Source: Candidatus Zhuqueibacterota bacterium
Lineage (GTDB): Bacteria; Zhuqueibacterota; Zhuqueibacteria; Thermofontimicrobiales; Thermofontimicrobiaceae
NCBI GenBank assembly: GCA_049322915.1
Contig: JBMOPW010000034.1
Span: 552,567 to 616,566, forward strand
Direction of reading: 5' to 3'
DNA: 64,000 nt
The notes beneath the pieces were generated by a model. The model did not search any database. It was not told the origin of the DNA and saw only the letters and a list, made by a program, of their open reading frames with translations. Positions 29,181-39,264 of this stretch are shown here, one piece after another; within the stretch, counting starts at the first letter, position 1, and every line of letters begins with the position of its first letter. The position numbers and the translations under genes were made by a program.

Positions 29181-30191
29181 ATGTACAGAGCATTAATTTT
29201 ACTGTTTTCTTTCATGTTTTCATTCAATCTTTACAGCCAGCAAAATAAAATCTCGAAAATTCATTTAAAACCGAAATTGGAGATAGGCATTGAACAAACA
29301 GATTTTGAATTTGCAGTTGAAAATGTTGATACCAATTATATTTTTGGAAGAATCACCGATGTTGCTTCAGACAAAATTGGAAACATTTACATTGTTGATG
29401 GGCCCAACAATTGTATTAAAAAATTCGATTCTGCCGGAACTTATATGTTAACAATAGGACAAAAAGGTGAAGGGCCAGGGGAATTCAAACGAATAACCGA
29501 CGTTTTTATAACAGAATCAGGCGATGTTTATGTCTGTGATTCCGGAAATAGAAGAATCAGTATTTTTTCGTCTTCAGGAAAATTTCAAAATTCTTACCAG
29601 GTTACGGCAATGGCCATGCCAGCCCGCATTGTCGTAGATAATCAAAACAATTCCTACATAATTGGATTTCTCACCTACTCAGGTGATATCATAAAAAAAT
29701 ACAACAAACATGGGGTTCTTGTTCATGAGTTCTGTCAATGGCAAAAAGGAGCAACATTGGCAGCAATGGCCGGCAATATCGGTCATTTAGCTGTTGATGA
29801 ACAGAATTGTATTTATTACAGCTTTTCATTTCCTTATGAAATTCGAAAATTCTCGTCTGCCGGTGAACAGCTCCAAGTGATCAAAAGAGATGTCTCATTT
29901 TTTAAGGAACCTTCCAGAGCCAAAAAAACCGAATCTCATATTATAGGCGGAGAGCAAACAGCAAAATCGGCTGGCTTATTTCTTATACCTGATTCAAAAA
30001 TACTGCATATAATTTGGGGAAAGAAAGAAGGATTTTTTTCTGACGTATTCAGGATGGATGGAAAACTTTTATTCAATTCTCCCTTTGAAATTAACGGTAG
30101 ATTTGGACATGTCGATGCCACGGGTAATATCTATATAATACAAGACGAACCCTATCCAAAGATTGCCAAATATAAAATATTTTTAGACTGA
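29181..30191 (+). CDS. Secreted 6-bladed beta-propeller (NHL-repeat) protein
   Basis: Signal peptide; GNIYIVD, IGQKGEGPGEF, VYVCDSGNRRI repeats. ATG follows AGGAGGAG. Confidence 0.88.
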   Translation: MYRALILLFSFMFSFNLYSQQNKISKIHLKPKLEIGIEQTDFEFAVENVDTNYIFGRITDVASDKIGNIYIVDGPNNCIKKFDSAGTYMLTIGQKGEGPGEFKRITDVFITESGDVYVCDSGNRRISIFSSSGKFQNSYQVTAMAMPARIVVDNQNNSYIIGFLTYSGDIIKKYNKHGVLVHEFCQWQKGATLAAMAGNIGHLAVDEQNCIYYSFSFPYEIRKFSSAGEQLQVIKRDVSFFKEPSRAKKTESHIIGGEQTAKSAGLFLIPDSKILHIIWGKKEGFFSDVFRMDGKLLFNSPFEINGRFGHVDATGNIYIIQDEPYPKIAKYKIFLD

Positions 30192-30283
30192 TTATTATAC
30201 TATTGGGGACATTTGATTAACATCAAATCTAAAACCAAGGTTGAGAAAAGCAGATAAGAACGTGTTTGTTTTTATAAATATAA

Positions 30284-30685
30284 CTATTTTGAGGAAGATA
30301 AAACATCCAGAGATTCAATTTTCGAAAAATGGGCACGATCGAGTGTTGCGATGGACATTTTTTCGTGAATTGCCACACCAGCAAGAAGAATGTCCATCAA
30401 GTTAATTAACTGATTTTTTGATCGGAGCTCCACAAAAACTTGACCAGCCTTTAAACTATGCATAGAATTAAAGTCAATTTTATCAAATAAATCCAATAAT
30501 TTTCTTGCTTCATCTTTTCTTTTCTGTCCCTTGCAACCACAATAAAACTCAAATTCAGTAATAGATGAAATAAAAAATTTAGCGCTTTCATTCATCAATT
30601 CCCAAAGGTAACTTTTACTTTTATTTTGCTTCCTAAAATATTCAATCAAAACACTTGTATCAATCAGAATTCGTCTGGCTTCCAC
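30284..30685 (-). CDS. vapC: PIN-domain toxin (VapC family)
   Basis: ILIDTSVLIE, ITEFE, DILLAG, ATLDRAHF acidic residues. Confidence 0.92.
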   Translation of the reverse strand: MEARRILIDTSVLIEYFRKQNKSKSYLWELMNESAKFFISSITEFEFYCGCKGQKRKDEARKLLDLFDKIDFNSMHSLKAGQVFVELRSKNQLINLMDILLAGVAIHEKMSIATLDRAHFSKIESLDVLSSSK

Positions 30686-30924
30686 TTATTTAATTCCTCT
30701 CTCACTTGTTCAAAATGTTTTATCTCCTCACCAGACCAGACAGGAAAATCAAGGAGAGCTTTTTGGATTTGTTGATTAAGAAATTTTTGATTATCTTTCA
30801 AAGTTACACTCCTAACAACTAAAAAAATATCAGCATCGCCCGGCGGGACATCAGTCGGTAAATCCAGGCTTAAATTTAGATGTCTATTTTCCGGGATTTT
30901 TGTTTTTAAATGCAATTTTATCAT
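30664..30924 (-). CDS. Putative antitoxin for VapC
   Basis: 86-aa ORF upstream of and overlapping vapC, with RBS AGGAG. Confidence 0.7.
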   Translation of the reverse strand: MIKLHLKTKIPENRHLNLSLDLPTDVPPGDADIFLVVRSVTLKDNQKFLNQQIQKALLDFPVWSGEEIKHFEQVREELNKWKPDEF

Positions 30925-30950
30925 TTTCTTCTCCTGAAAACATCATTTTT

Positions 30951-30979
30951 AATATACCAATTTCTCAACACCAAGTCAA
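30951..30979 (-). promoter_or_regulatory. Promoter of the TA operon
   Basis: TTGACT-N17-TATATT with an extended TG. Confidence 0.65.
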
Positions 30980-31005
30980 CTCAATTTCTCACTGAGCAGC
31001 CCCCA

Positions 31006-31806
31006 TCACACGCCGGGCAGCACCTGCATGAACTCTTTCAACTTCTCGCGCAGTTGCTGATAATCCAGATCCGGATACAGCGTTCCCTCGTGAGCGATGG
31101 AGATTTTGCCGCTCTCTTCGGAGACGACAATAATCACGGCATCCGATTCTTCGGACAGTCCCAATGCCGCCCGGTGCCGTGTGCCGTATTTGGGGTCAAG
31201 GTGCGGATTCTGGCTCAATGGCAGAATGCACTGGGCCGCCTCGATGGCTTCGTTCTGGATGACAAGAGCGCCATCGTGCAGAGGCGACCGCGGGTTAAAA
31301 ATCGAGACAATCAATGGCGTGGACACTTCGGCGCGAATGCTTTGCCCTGTCTCCAGAATGGATTTGACGCCGGTATTCTGCACTAACACCAGTAGTCCGC
31401 CGAATCCCCGTTTGCTCAATTCAATAGCCGCTTTCACCACGTCTTCGGTGATGCGACGGGTGATAGGCACTTTCAGTAATTTTCGGATGATCGGAATTTG
31501 GCCCAGATAAATCAGGATGCGCCGCAACTCAGGCTGGAACAGAATCACAAACGCCAACAACCAGATCGTTCGCAAGTTTTGGAAAATCCAACTTAACCCG
31601 CTCAACCCTAATAGTTGAACCGCAAAGGAAACGATGAGAATGAGCACCAGTCCGATGAACATTTGCGCCGCGCGGGAGCCCCGGACAAAAAAATACAGTT
31701 TGTACAATACCCAGGAAATGACCGCAATGTCCAGAATATCGATCACGGTTACCGTCAAAAATCCGATCTTGAACAATTCCAATCGAATACCCATGTCAAT
31801 TTCCAC
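31006..31806 (-). CDS. cdaA: Diadenylate cyclase CdaA
   Basis: Three N-terminal TMs, FQPELRR, LHDGA, GTRHRAA, VSEE. Confidence 0.95.
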   Translation of the reverse strand: MEIDMGIRLELFKIGFLTVTVIDILDIAVISWVLYKLYFFVRGSRAAQMFIGLVLILIVSFAVQLLGLSGLSWIFQNLRTIWLLAFVILFQPELRRILIYLGQIPIIRKLLKVPITRRITEDVVKAAIELSKRGFGGLLVLVQNTGVKSILETGQSIRAEVSTPLIVSIFNPRSPLHDGALVIQNEAIEAAQCILPLSQNPHLDPKYGTRHRAALGLSEESDAVIIVVSEESGKISIAHEGTLYPDLDYQQLREKLKEFMQVLPGV

Positions 31807-31895
31807 TTTATTTTTAAATGTAGGTCATCATCAGTGATTCAACAGCGCGTTCAGCCAGAAGTTCTCATTCACTTCGTTCTTCAGAATGGCGCTCG

Positions 31896-33128
31896 CTACC
31901 CGAGCTCCGGAGTCGACTTCCCGACGATTAAATCCGCAATGCGGCACACACGCGACATCTCTTTTACATCATGGACGCGAACGATATGCGCGCCATGTTG
32001 AATTGCCAAAGCAACCGCTGCGGCCGTCCCTTCCATGCGTTGATCCGGCGGCAGATTCAGCACAGCGCCGATGAACGATTTTCGGGACGGTCCCACCAGT
32101 ATCGGGCAGCCCAGGTCCCTGAACTCAGTCAATCGCCTCAGCAACTCGTAGTTGTCCTGAAGCCGTTTGCCAAATCCGATGCCGGGATCAATGATTACAC
32201 TGCTGCGCTCGATTCCCGCCTCTTCAGCCAGCCGGATGCTCTCGGAAAGGTAGCGGACGATCTCCCCCATCAAATCGACATAGCTGGGATTCTGCTGCAT
32301 ATTTTTCGGCTCGCCCTGAATATGCATCAACACGACCGGCGCGCGATGATGGGCGACTACCGTTTTCATCCGCGGGTCAAATCGCAGGCCGCTGATGTCA
32401 TTGATCACATGCGCGCCGGCATTCAGCGCCGCTTCGGCTACATTCGATTTGTACGTGTCCACGGAAATCGGGACAGCGACTTCCTTCAACAACCCTTCCA
32501 GTACCGGCAGCAGCCGATCCAATTCCTGACTTTCAGGAAGCGTTTCGGCGCCCGGGCGCGTGGATTCCGCGCCAATATCGATGATGTCCGCGCCTTCCTC
32601 CACCATCCGGATTCCCTGCGCGATGGCTTTTCCCGCCTCTAAAAATGCGCCGCCATCAGAAAAAGAATCCGGCGTGACATTGAGAATTCCCATGATGTGG
32701 GTGCGGTGCGACAAATCCAGGACATGATGCTGCATCGTCAATTTGAATTGGCGCGGCGCCAGTTCCGCTTCGATGATGGCCTGTATTTTTTCCGCCAATG
32801 CCGGCAGGCCAAACGGCTGAGCTTTCAGCTTCGGAATGAGCCGCTGAAAAATTTTCACACTCCCGATCAAAATGGAGTCTGTCGAGGTCACATCATTTTT
32901 TATCACCGCCCGATGATTGGCGCAATCGCCCCCAAGGCTCAGCATTTCCTGCTTCAAAATGAGCGCCGCTGGCGACGACACTTTTTCGATCTTAATGCTC
33001 AATCCCAGCGCTTTCGGCGCCATAACATTGACGCCGCTGGGATCCACGCCAACCGCCAGTAATTCGCGCTCCACATCGTCTATGGTGTTGAAATGTAACC
33101 TGCGGACCTGTCCTGTTGAAGCGCTCAT
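31896..33128 (-). CDS. folP: Dihydropteroate synthase with N-terminal extension
   Basis: MGILNVTPDSFSDGG, ESTRPG, DPGIGFGK, SRKSF, RVHDV. Confidence 0.96.
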   Translation of the reverse strand: MSASTGQVRRLHFNTIDDVERELLAVGVDPSGVNVMAPKALGLSIKIEKVSSPAALILKQEMLSLGGDCANHRAVIKNDVTSTDSILIGSVKIFQRLIPKLKAQPFGLPALAEKIQAIIEAELAPRQFKLTMQHHVLDLSHRTHIMGILNVTPDSFSDGGAFLEAGKAIAQGIRMVEEGADIIDIGAESTRPGAETLPESQELDRLLPVLEGLLKEVAVPISVDTYKSNVAEAALNAGAHVINDISGLRFDPRMKTVVAHHRAPVVLMHIQGEPKNMQQNPSYVDLMGEIVRYLSESIRLAEEAGIERSSVIIDPGIGFGKRLQDNYELLRRLTEFRDLGCPILVGPSRKSFIGAVLNLPPDQRMEGTAAAVALAIQHGAHIVRVHDVKEMSRVCRIADLIVGKSTPELG

Positions 33129-34732
33129 GGCTGCTCGTTCGTTTTTTGTTGGGTCGAATCCTGATTCACCAAAATGAACAGATGCTTCCGCGCTTCCTCC
33201 GCAAATTCATCCTCCAGACCTTTACGATTGCGAATTCGGTAGCGGAAGTGCTCGATGGCTTTTTCCCTGTCGCCTCGCGCTTCGTACAAAAACGCCAGGA
33301 ACAGATGGGCGTTCAAATGGTTGTCGATGGCAATAGCCCGCTGCAAAAGTTTTTCGGAGGTCTCCAGATCTTCTGAGTTATAGTACAGAATCCCCAGGTT
33401 ATAGAACGCATCGGAGTTGTTCGGCTGGAGGGCGATGATTTTATCATACACTTCGACGATCTTCATCATGTCATTTCGGACCACATATAACCGGCCCAGA
33501 GCCGTCAATACCGGCACTGCATCCGGATTAATGACCAAATAACGCTCCAGCGATTCGATCGCCTTTTCGCGCTTGTTATCAAATAAGTAATGATCCGACA
33601 GCATCAAATACCCGTCCTCGTAACAAGGGTCAATGAAAATCGCTCGTTGAAATAATTGCCGTTCCGTGTCGAAACCGATTTTTTTATACCGAAACGGATG
33701 AAGCCGCGACATGGTCAGGTAAAGCCTGGGATAATGGGGATTCAGCCGAAATGAATTGAGCAAATGATGTTCGGCCAATGACCAGCGCTCCTGGTAAATA
33801 TAATACTCGCCCAGCAGGGCCATGGCCTCCGCCTGCGTCGAATCCAGAACCATGGCGCGGGTGAAGTAATTTCGCGTATGGTCGAACTCCTCGACCGGCG
33901 AGGCGCCGGACTTTTTCTTCGCCAGCGCGGCAAAAAACCAGCTCTTGCCTGAAAGCACAAGCGCCGGCACAAAATTGGAATCCAGGGAAACAACCTGCGC
34001 GGCTAACACAGCCGATTCCCCGTACTTTTCCTGGTCGAACCGCTCCCGCGCAGCCCAATAGTTTTGGAAATTCTCCGGCGTCGTTTGGGCGATGGCCAGG
34101 CTTTTGGCTTCAATGGAGCTATTCAACCCGGCGAGAATTTTCACACAAATCCGATGGCTGTCCTCGGCCAATTTTTCAGCGATCACCGGCTGCGCTTCCT
34201 GCACGACAACCTCCCCGGTCTTTGAATTGTAGACTTTCCAGGTGAGCGTCGCGACACTCGGCTCGCGTTTTTGCGAGCCGGTCAGAAAGAAATCGCCGCC
34301 AATTTTCAGGCTCAGATTTTTGAAGTGATCGATGGAAACGGCTGAATCGTTCGCGGTGAGAGAGGCAGTCCAATCCGCCGGGGACACGATCGCCCGATCG
34401 TGAACCGAATGGATCAGTTCGTTTGAGACTGCATCCCAGAGTTGCTTCGCCGGCCAGTCTGAGTCCGGAGATCCGGCTTCGGAATACATCGGGAAAATCT
34501 GGAGCCGGAAATCCACGTGGGGAGGCCTGTTTTTAATGAGATAATAGCCAATCGCAGTGACAAATATTGCAGTGAAGGAGATCATGAGCCAGGCGAGGAT
34601 TTTCTTGTTCATCATCTCCGCAGTTCTGTACAGGTAAATCAAAACGAAAATAGCGCTTATAAAAATGACGATAAAAACCGGCAATAAAGCTGGTACGTTC
34701 GTTACTATCCAGTGCAACACAATTCCCGTCAT
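33125..34732 (-). CDS. Membrane-anchored TPR protein
   Basis: Two N-terminal TMs and multiple C-terminal TPRs (e.g. DAFYNLGILYY). Confidence 0.8.
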   Translation of the reverse strand: MTGIVLHWIVTNVPALLPVFIVIFISAIFVLIYLYRTAEMMNKKILAWLMISFTAIFVTAIGYYLIKNRPPHVDFRLQIFPMYSEAGSPDSDWPAKQLWDAVSNELIHSVHDRAIVSPADWTASLTANDSAVSIDHFKNLSLKIGGDFFLTGSQKREPSVATLTWKVYNSKTGEVVVQEAQPVIAEKLAEDSHRICVKILAGLNSSIEAKSLAIAQTTPENFQNYWAARERFDQEKYGESAVLAAQVVSLDSNFVPALVLSGKSWFFAALAKKKSGASPVEEFDHTRNYFTRAMVLDSTQAEAMALLGEYYIYQERWSLAEHHLLNSFRLNPHYPRLYLTMSRLHPFRYKKIGFDTERQLFQRAIFIDPCYEDGYLMLSDHYLFDNKREKAIESLERYLVINPDAVPVLTALGRLYVVRNDMMKIVEVYDKIIALQPNNSDAFYNLGILYYNSEDLETSEKLLQRAIAIDNHLNAHLFLAFLYEARGDREKAIEHFRYRIRNRKGLEDEFAEEARKHLFILVNQDSTQQKTNEQP

Positions 34733-34832
34733 CGTTCTCCTCCTCGGTTGTTATCCCGGTACTGCTAACAAAACAACCCCAACAAAAAAATGTTGAGGCT
34801 GTTTTCATATCGCTTCATACGCCTGAATTTTT

Positions 34833-36941
34833 TCAATTATCTTCAGATTTAGGTTTGGCCTTTTTGCGGGTCGACTTCTTCACTTCCGTCGGCTCAGTAT
34901 CTCCGGCAGCCGTTGTTTTTGTTCGGCGCGAAGTTTTTTTCGTTGGTTCGACCGGCGGCTCCTGGATGTTATCAACGATTTTATCGATTTCGGCCCCATC
35001 GAGGATTTCCTTCTCCAGTAACCGTTTCGCCAAGCGGTGGAGCTTGTCGATATTCTCGCTCAGCAGTCTTTCACTTATCTGAGACGCGTTCTCAATGATA
35101 TTTTTCACTTCCTCATCGATCAACTGGGCTGTCCGTTCGCTATAATCCCGATGCTGGGAAATTTCCCGACCCAGGAATATCTCTTCCTGCTTTTTCCCGA
35201 ATGTCATGGGGCCCATCTTTTCGCTCATCCCCCATTCGCACACCATTTTGCGGGCGACAGCCGTAGCCCGTTCAATGTCATTGGCTGCGCCGGTGGTCAA
35301 TTCATTCATCACCAGCTTTTCAGCGGTGCGACCGCCGAGCAGGTGGATGAGAGCTCGCTCGTAGTAATCTTTGGAATGAGTATGTTTTTCATCAATGGGC
35401 AAATAGGTGGTGGCGCCCAACGCCCGACCACGCGGGATGATCGTCACTTTATGCACCGGATCCGAACCCGGCGTCAACTTCGCGAGCAGCGCGTGACCCG
35501 CTTCGTGGTACGCAGTGCTCTTTTTCTCTTCGTCCGTGATGATGAGGCTTCGTCGCTCCGTGCCCATCATCTCTTTATCTTTGGCCTCTTCCAGGTCGTT
35601 CATGTCGACCTTTTTCTTGTTTCTTCTGGCGGCCAGAAGCGCGGCTTCGTTGACCATATTGGCCAGATCCGCTCCGGAAAAACCGGGCGTTCCCTTGGCC
35701 ACCACGGGAAGGTTAACATCTTCGGCCAGAGGAATTTTGCGGGTGTGAACTTTCAAGATTCCTTCACGTCCGCGAACGTCCGGCAGGTCCACCACAATCT
35801 GGCGGTCAAATCGGCCGGGACGCAGCAGCGCCGAATCCAGCACATCCGGTCGGTTGGTTGCCGCGATGAGGATGACGCCCTCGTTGGAATCGAAGCCGTC
35901 CATTTCGACCAGCAATTGATTCAATGTTTGCTCACGTTCATCATGCCCGCCACCGAGACCTGCGCCGCGATGTCGCCCCACTGCATCCAATTCATCGATG
36001 AAAATGATGCACGGCGCGTTCTTCTTTCCCTGATCGAACAAATCTCTCACGCGGGACGCGCCCACGCCGACGAACATCTCCACGAAGTCAGCGCCGGACA
36101 TGCTGAAAAACGGGACGCCGGCTTCACCAGCCACGGCTTTCGCCAGTAACGTTTTCCCTGTTCCCGGAGGGCCTAACAGCAACGCACCTTTGGGAATTTT
36201 CCCGCCCAGCTTTTGAAATTTTTCCGGCTCCTTGAGAAACTCGATTATTTCCCGCACTTCCTGTTTGGCTTCCTCAGCGCCGGCCACATCCTGAAACGTG
36301 ACTTTCATCTTGTTTTCGGTGAGCAGTTTGGCTCGCGATTTCCCGAATGAAAAAATCCCCTTTGTCCCTCCTCCCTGCATTCTCCGCAGCAGCACAAACC
36401 AGAAAAGAATAATCAACACAAATGGCAACGAATTGAGAAGGTACCCCCACCAGTCCACTGTTTTTGGCTTGAACGTAATATCAATTCCATACTCATCGAT
36501 CCAGCGATAGGCCGTCTCAAAGTCCGGCTCCTGCGGTAGTATCGTTAAAAACAATTTGATATTTTTATTCGGAACATCAGGGTTCTGACGCGCTTCTTTC
36601 AACTCGCCATGAAATTCCTTGCCCCGAATTTCCCCCTTCAGAACAAGCTTCTGCTCCAGCCAATTCTTAAAGACCGGGAATTGAACCGTCACCTGCTCCT
36701 GTCCGCTGCGGCTGAGCATTTTCGAAACCCAGATGGTGATGATGATAAATATTAACCAGAACAAAAAGGTCTTCGATGCTTTCTGCCATTGAAAATTATC
36801 CTCCTTTTTCTTCCGTTGTTTATCCATCTTGGATCCAGGAGGGGTGCGACGTTCCATTCGAATTTTATCATCTTCGCTGTTATTCTCTTGAGAAAATAGA
36901 AGTTGTTTTAATTTATCCATCATACGGCTACATATCTCCAA
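34833..36941 (-). CDS. ftsH: ATP-dependent zinc metalloprotease FtsH (start uncertain)
   Basis: [31 protein letters not shown]. Confidence 0.98.
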   Translation of the reverse strand: MEICSRMMDKLKQLLFSQENNSEDDKIRMERRTPPGSKMDKQRKKKEDNFQWQKASKTFLFWLIFIIITIWVSKMLSRSGQEQVTVQFPVFKNWLEQKLVLKGEIRGKEFHGELKEARQNPDVPNKNIKLFLTILPQEPDFETAYRWIDEYGIDITFKPKTVDWWGYLLNSLPFVLIILFWFVLLRRMQGGGTKGIFSFGKSRAKLLTENKMKVTFQDVAGAEEAKQEVREIIEFLKEPEKFQKLGGKIPKGALLLGPPGTGKTLLAKAVAGEAGVPFFSMSGADFVEMFVGVGASRVRDLFDQGKKNAPCIIFIDELDAVGRHRGAGLGGGHDEREQTLNQLLVEMDGFDSNEGVILIAATNRPDVLDSALLRPGRFDRQIVVDLPDVRGREGILKVHTRKIPLAEDVNLPVVAKGTPGFSGADLANMVNEAALLAARRNKKKVDMNDLEEAKDKEMMGTERRSLIITDEEKKSTAYHEAGHALLAKLTPGSDPVHKVTIIPRGRALGATTYLPIDEKHTHSKDYYERALIHLLGGRTAEKLVMNELTTGAANDIERATAVARKMVCEWGMSEKMGPMTFGKKQEEIFLGREISQHRDYSERTAQLIDEEVKNIIENASQISERLLSENIDKLHRLAKRLLEKEILDGAEIDKIVDNIQEPPVEPTKKTSRRTKTTAAGDTEPTEVKKSTRKKAKPKSEDN

Positions 36942-36946
36942 TAGGT

Positions 36947-37495
36947 TTAATCTTCAATTACATAGATCGATTTCAAATTGCGGAATTTCTGATCATAATC
37001 CAGACCATACCCTACGACGAACTTTGTCGGTATGTTAAATCCAATATAATCCAATTTAAAATCGACGACTGCGTTGTCTTCCTTTAGCAACAACGATACA
37101 AACTTCAATGACGCTGGCGTTGTCTCGCTGAACATGCGCTCTAAAAACTGAATCGACCGGCCGGAATCTGCAATATCTTCCACGATGATCACGTGACGCC
37201 CATCCACGTGGCTGTCGAATTGTTTCTTCGCTTTGATTTGCCCGGACGAAACTTTGCCGCCGCCATAGCTGGAAATTTTCACAAAATCCACTTCTGAATC
37301 AATATCCATTTCGCGTATCAAGTCCGAAAGAAAAATAAATGCGCCATTCAAAACGCCGATCAAAATTGGGCACTTTCCCCGGTATTCATCGGAAAGCTGC
37401 CGGGCCAATTCTTTGACACGTCGTTTAATCTGTTCCTCAGAAATAAGCTCCACATACCGTTCGCCATTTATTTCAAAAACTTTGGTATCCGTCAT
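36947..37495 (-). CDS. hpt: Hypoxanthine phosphoribosyltransferase
   Basis: [26 protein letters not shown]. Confidence 0.95.
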   Translation of the reverse strand: MTDTKVFEINGERYVELISEEQIKRRVKELARQLSDEYRGKCPILIGVLNGAFIFLSDLIREMDIDSEVDFVKISSYGGGKVSSGQIKAKKQFDSHVDGRHVIIVEDIADSGRSIQFLERMFSETTPASLKFVSLLLKEDNAVVDFKLDYIGFNIPTKFVVGYGLDYDQKFRNLKSIYVIED

Positions 37496-38888
37496 GCACT
37501 TCATTCCTTTTCATTTGAAGTTTCATCAAGCGTTTTGTACCCGAAGTCATTTTAAACCGATCATCAATGATAAAGCCCATGATCCAGATAATTCCGGTCC
37601 GGCAAACCAGCAGTGGAATCTCGCGACGCTCGTGGAGCGGAATTTTCAAATCAGTGAAATAATTGGACAGCTTTTTCTCTCCCTGAAAATGAAGCGGTCT
37701 GAAGCGATCCCCATTTCGAAAATATCGAACGACCATTGGCCCGCTCACTGCATCCGCATCAATCCACTCGGTATTTTTATCCTCCGGCGTGAAACCTGTG
37801 AACTGATTCGCCTCGACACTATCCACGCGCAACGTTCCCCCTTCAGCATCCAGTTGATATTCGTTTCCGGGCTCAACTGTAAATTCGCTCCGGGCTGGCG
37901 ACAGTCGTTGAAACACAAGCTGTCCGTGATCCACTGTGATGTGTAGCTGCGGCGTCACCTGGACTTTTTTCCCGGTCGCTTTTGCTCCGGCAATTTTCAA
38001 AATCCGATCCATCGTCTCCGTCGTCAGAAACGACCTCGGAAAAACCAACCGATCTAAAATCTGGTAAATGATATATTTTTGAATGATTATAAAATAGTTT
38101 AAAAATGAATCAATTTCAAGGATTATTTTATTTTTTTTCAGGCTGATGAGACAGGTCTCAAAAGCGGACTTTGACGTTTCATTCAAAAAATCCTCTGCCT
38201 CGCGCATGATGCCGGCAGTTCTCAATACAATCGACGGCAGCGCCGGATTGTACTCCTTTTTCAAATATGGAATCAGGTCACATCGAATTCGGTTCCTCCG
38301 GTAGATGGGCATTTCATTGGTGGAATCGATAAGGTAATGTAACGAATGAGACGTTGCGTAGGTTTCAATTTCGTCGCGTGTGGCAAACAAAAGAGGGCGA
38401 ATGTAGCGGTCTCGTTTGGGAGCCATGCCGGACAATCCCCTCAATCCGCTGCCGCGCAAAAAATGATCGATGATGGTCTCGACCTGGTCATCGGCATGGT
38501 GGCCCATCGCCAGCGACGTTGCCCCGGTCCTGGTCAGAACCTGTTCAAAAAACCGGAAGCGCAAAATTCGGGCGCCCTCTTCGACGGACAGGTTGTTTCG
38601 CGCAATGAATTTCGGTACATTCACCTGGCGCGAGTGACACGGAAGGTGGTATTGGGCTGAAAGCGCTGCGACGAACTGCTGATCCCGGTTCGCTTCGTCG
38701 CCGCGCAACCGATGATTCATATGGACGATTTCCAGTTTCAAGGGCGTGGCAGCGGACATCTGAAGCAACAGATGCAACAGCGCCACAGAATCAACGCCGC
38801 CAGAGACAGCGACCAGAATGTAATCCTGCTCATGGACGAGTTGGTGCTGCATGCAATACTGAAAAAATTTTTGAGACAGACTATTCAT
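37473..38888 (-). CDS. tilS: tRNA(Ile)-lysidine synthase
   Basis: SGGVDS, HHADDQVET, IRPLL, RNRIR and a TilS_C domain. Start reassigned to MNSLS. Confidence 0.95.
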   Translation of the reverse strand: MNSLSQKFFQYCMQHQLVHEQDYILVAVSGGVDSVALLHLLLQMSAATPLKLEIVHMNHRLRGDEANRDQQFVAALSAQYHLPCHSRQVNVPKFIARNNLSVEEGARILRFRFFEQVLTRTGATSLAMGHHADDQVETIIDHFLRGSGLRGLSGMAPKRDRYIRPLLFATRDEIETYATSHSLHYLIDSTNEMPIYRRNRIRCDLIPYLKKEYNPALPSIVLRTAGIMREAEDFLNETSKSAFETCLISLKKNKIILEIDSFLNYFIIIQKYIIYQILDRLVFPRSFLTTETMDRILKIAGAKATGKKVQVTPQLHITVDHGQLVFQRLSPARSEFTVEPGNEYQLDAEGGTLRVDSVEANQFTGFTPEDKNTEWIDADAVSGPMVVRYFRNGDRFRPLHFQGEKKLSNYFTDLKIPLHERREIPLLVCRTGIIWIMGFIIDDRFKMTSGTKRLMKLQMKRNEVHDGYQSF

Positions 38889-38981
38889 ACTGAACGTCTT
38901 TGGTATTTTCAAGCGACGAATCGCCATGCAACCGAGCGCAGATGATTTGCTCATCCGGGCCGGCGAATATGCCGGATAGAC

Positions 38982-39012
38982 AAAAAAAAGACCTTTCTGC
39001 AACGAAAGGTCT
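38982..39012 (-). terminator. Intrinsic terminator after the tRNA
   Basis: AGACCTTTC-GTTGCA-GAAAGGTCT-TTTTTTT. Confidence 0.8.
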
Positions 39013-39054
39013 CTACCATAAAAAGCTCGTACTATTATTAGATGCCGAAAGAAG

Positions 39055-39128
39055 TAGCGGCGCAGGGATTCGAACCCCGGACACGTGGATTATGATTCCA
39101 CTGCTCTGACCAGCTGAGCTACGCCGCC
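39055..39128 (-). tRNA. tRNA with CAT anticodon, probably elongator Met; CCA not encoded
   Basis: GGCGGCGTAGCTCAGCTGGTCAGAGCAGTGGAATCATAATCCACGTGTCCGGGGTTCGAATCCCTGCGCCGCTA folds as a cloverleaf. Confidence 0.95.
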
Positions 39129-39144
39129 ATTTTTAAAGGTGAAA

Positions 39145-39173
39145 AATATAAGATTTTTTTGCATGAAAGTCAA
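39145..39173 (-). promoter_or_regulatory. tRNA promoter
   Basis: TTGACT-N17-TATATT. Confidence 0.7.
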
Positions 39174-39264
39174 GGAAAATTTCCCGCCACGTTGGACAAA
39201 AATCATCAGATACAATTTTTTTCGCCTGTTAAATTGACCTGAGTTCCGGCCGAATGCAGCACAA

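Noticed and set aside
38889..39002. N-terminal extensions in the ORF track (tilS; likewise xdhL2, PreA-like, batD, dnaE2, GH116)
   Set aside because: They overlap terminators or upstream genes, or downstream starts have better RBS and family-typical N-termini.
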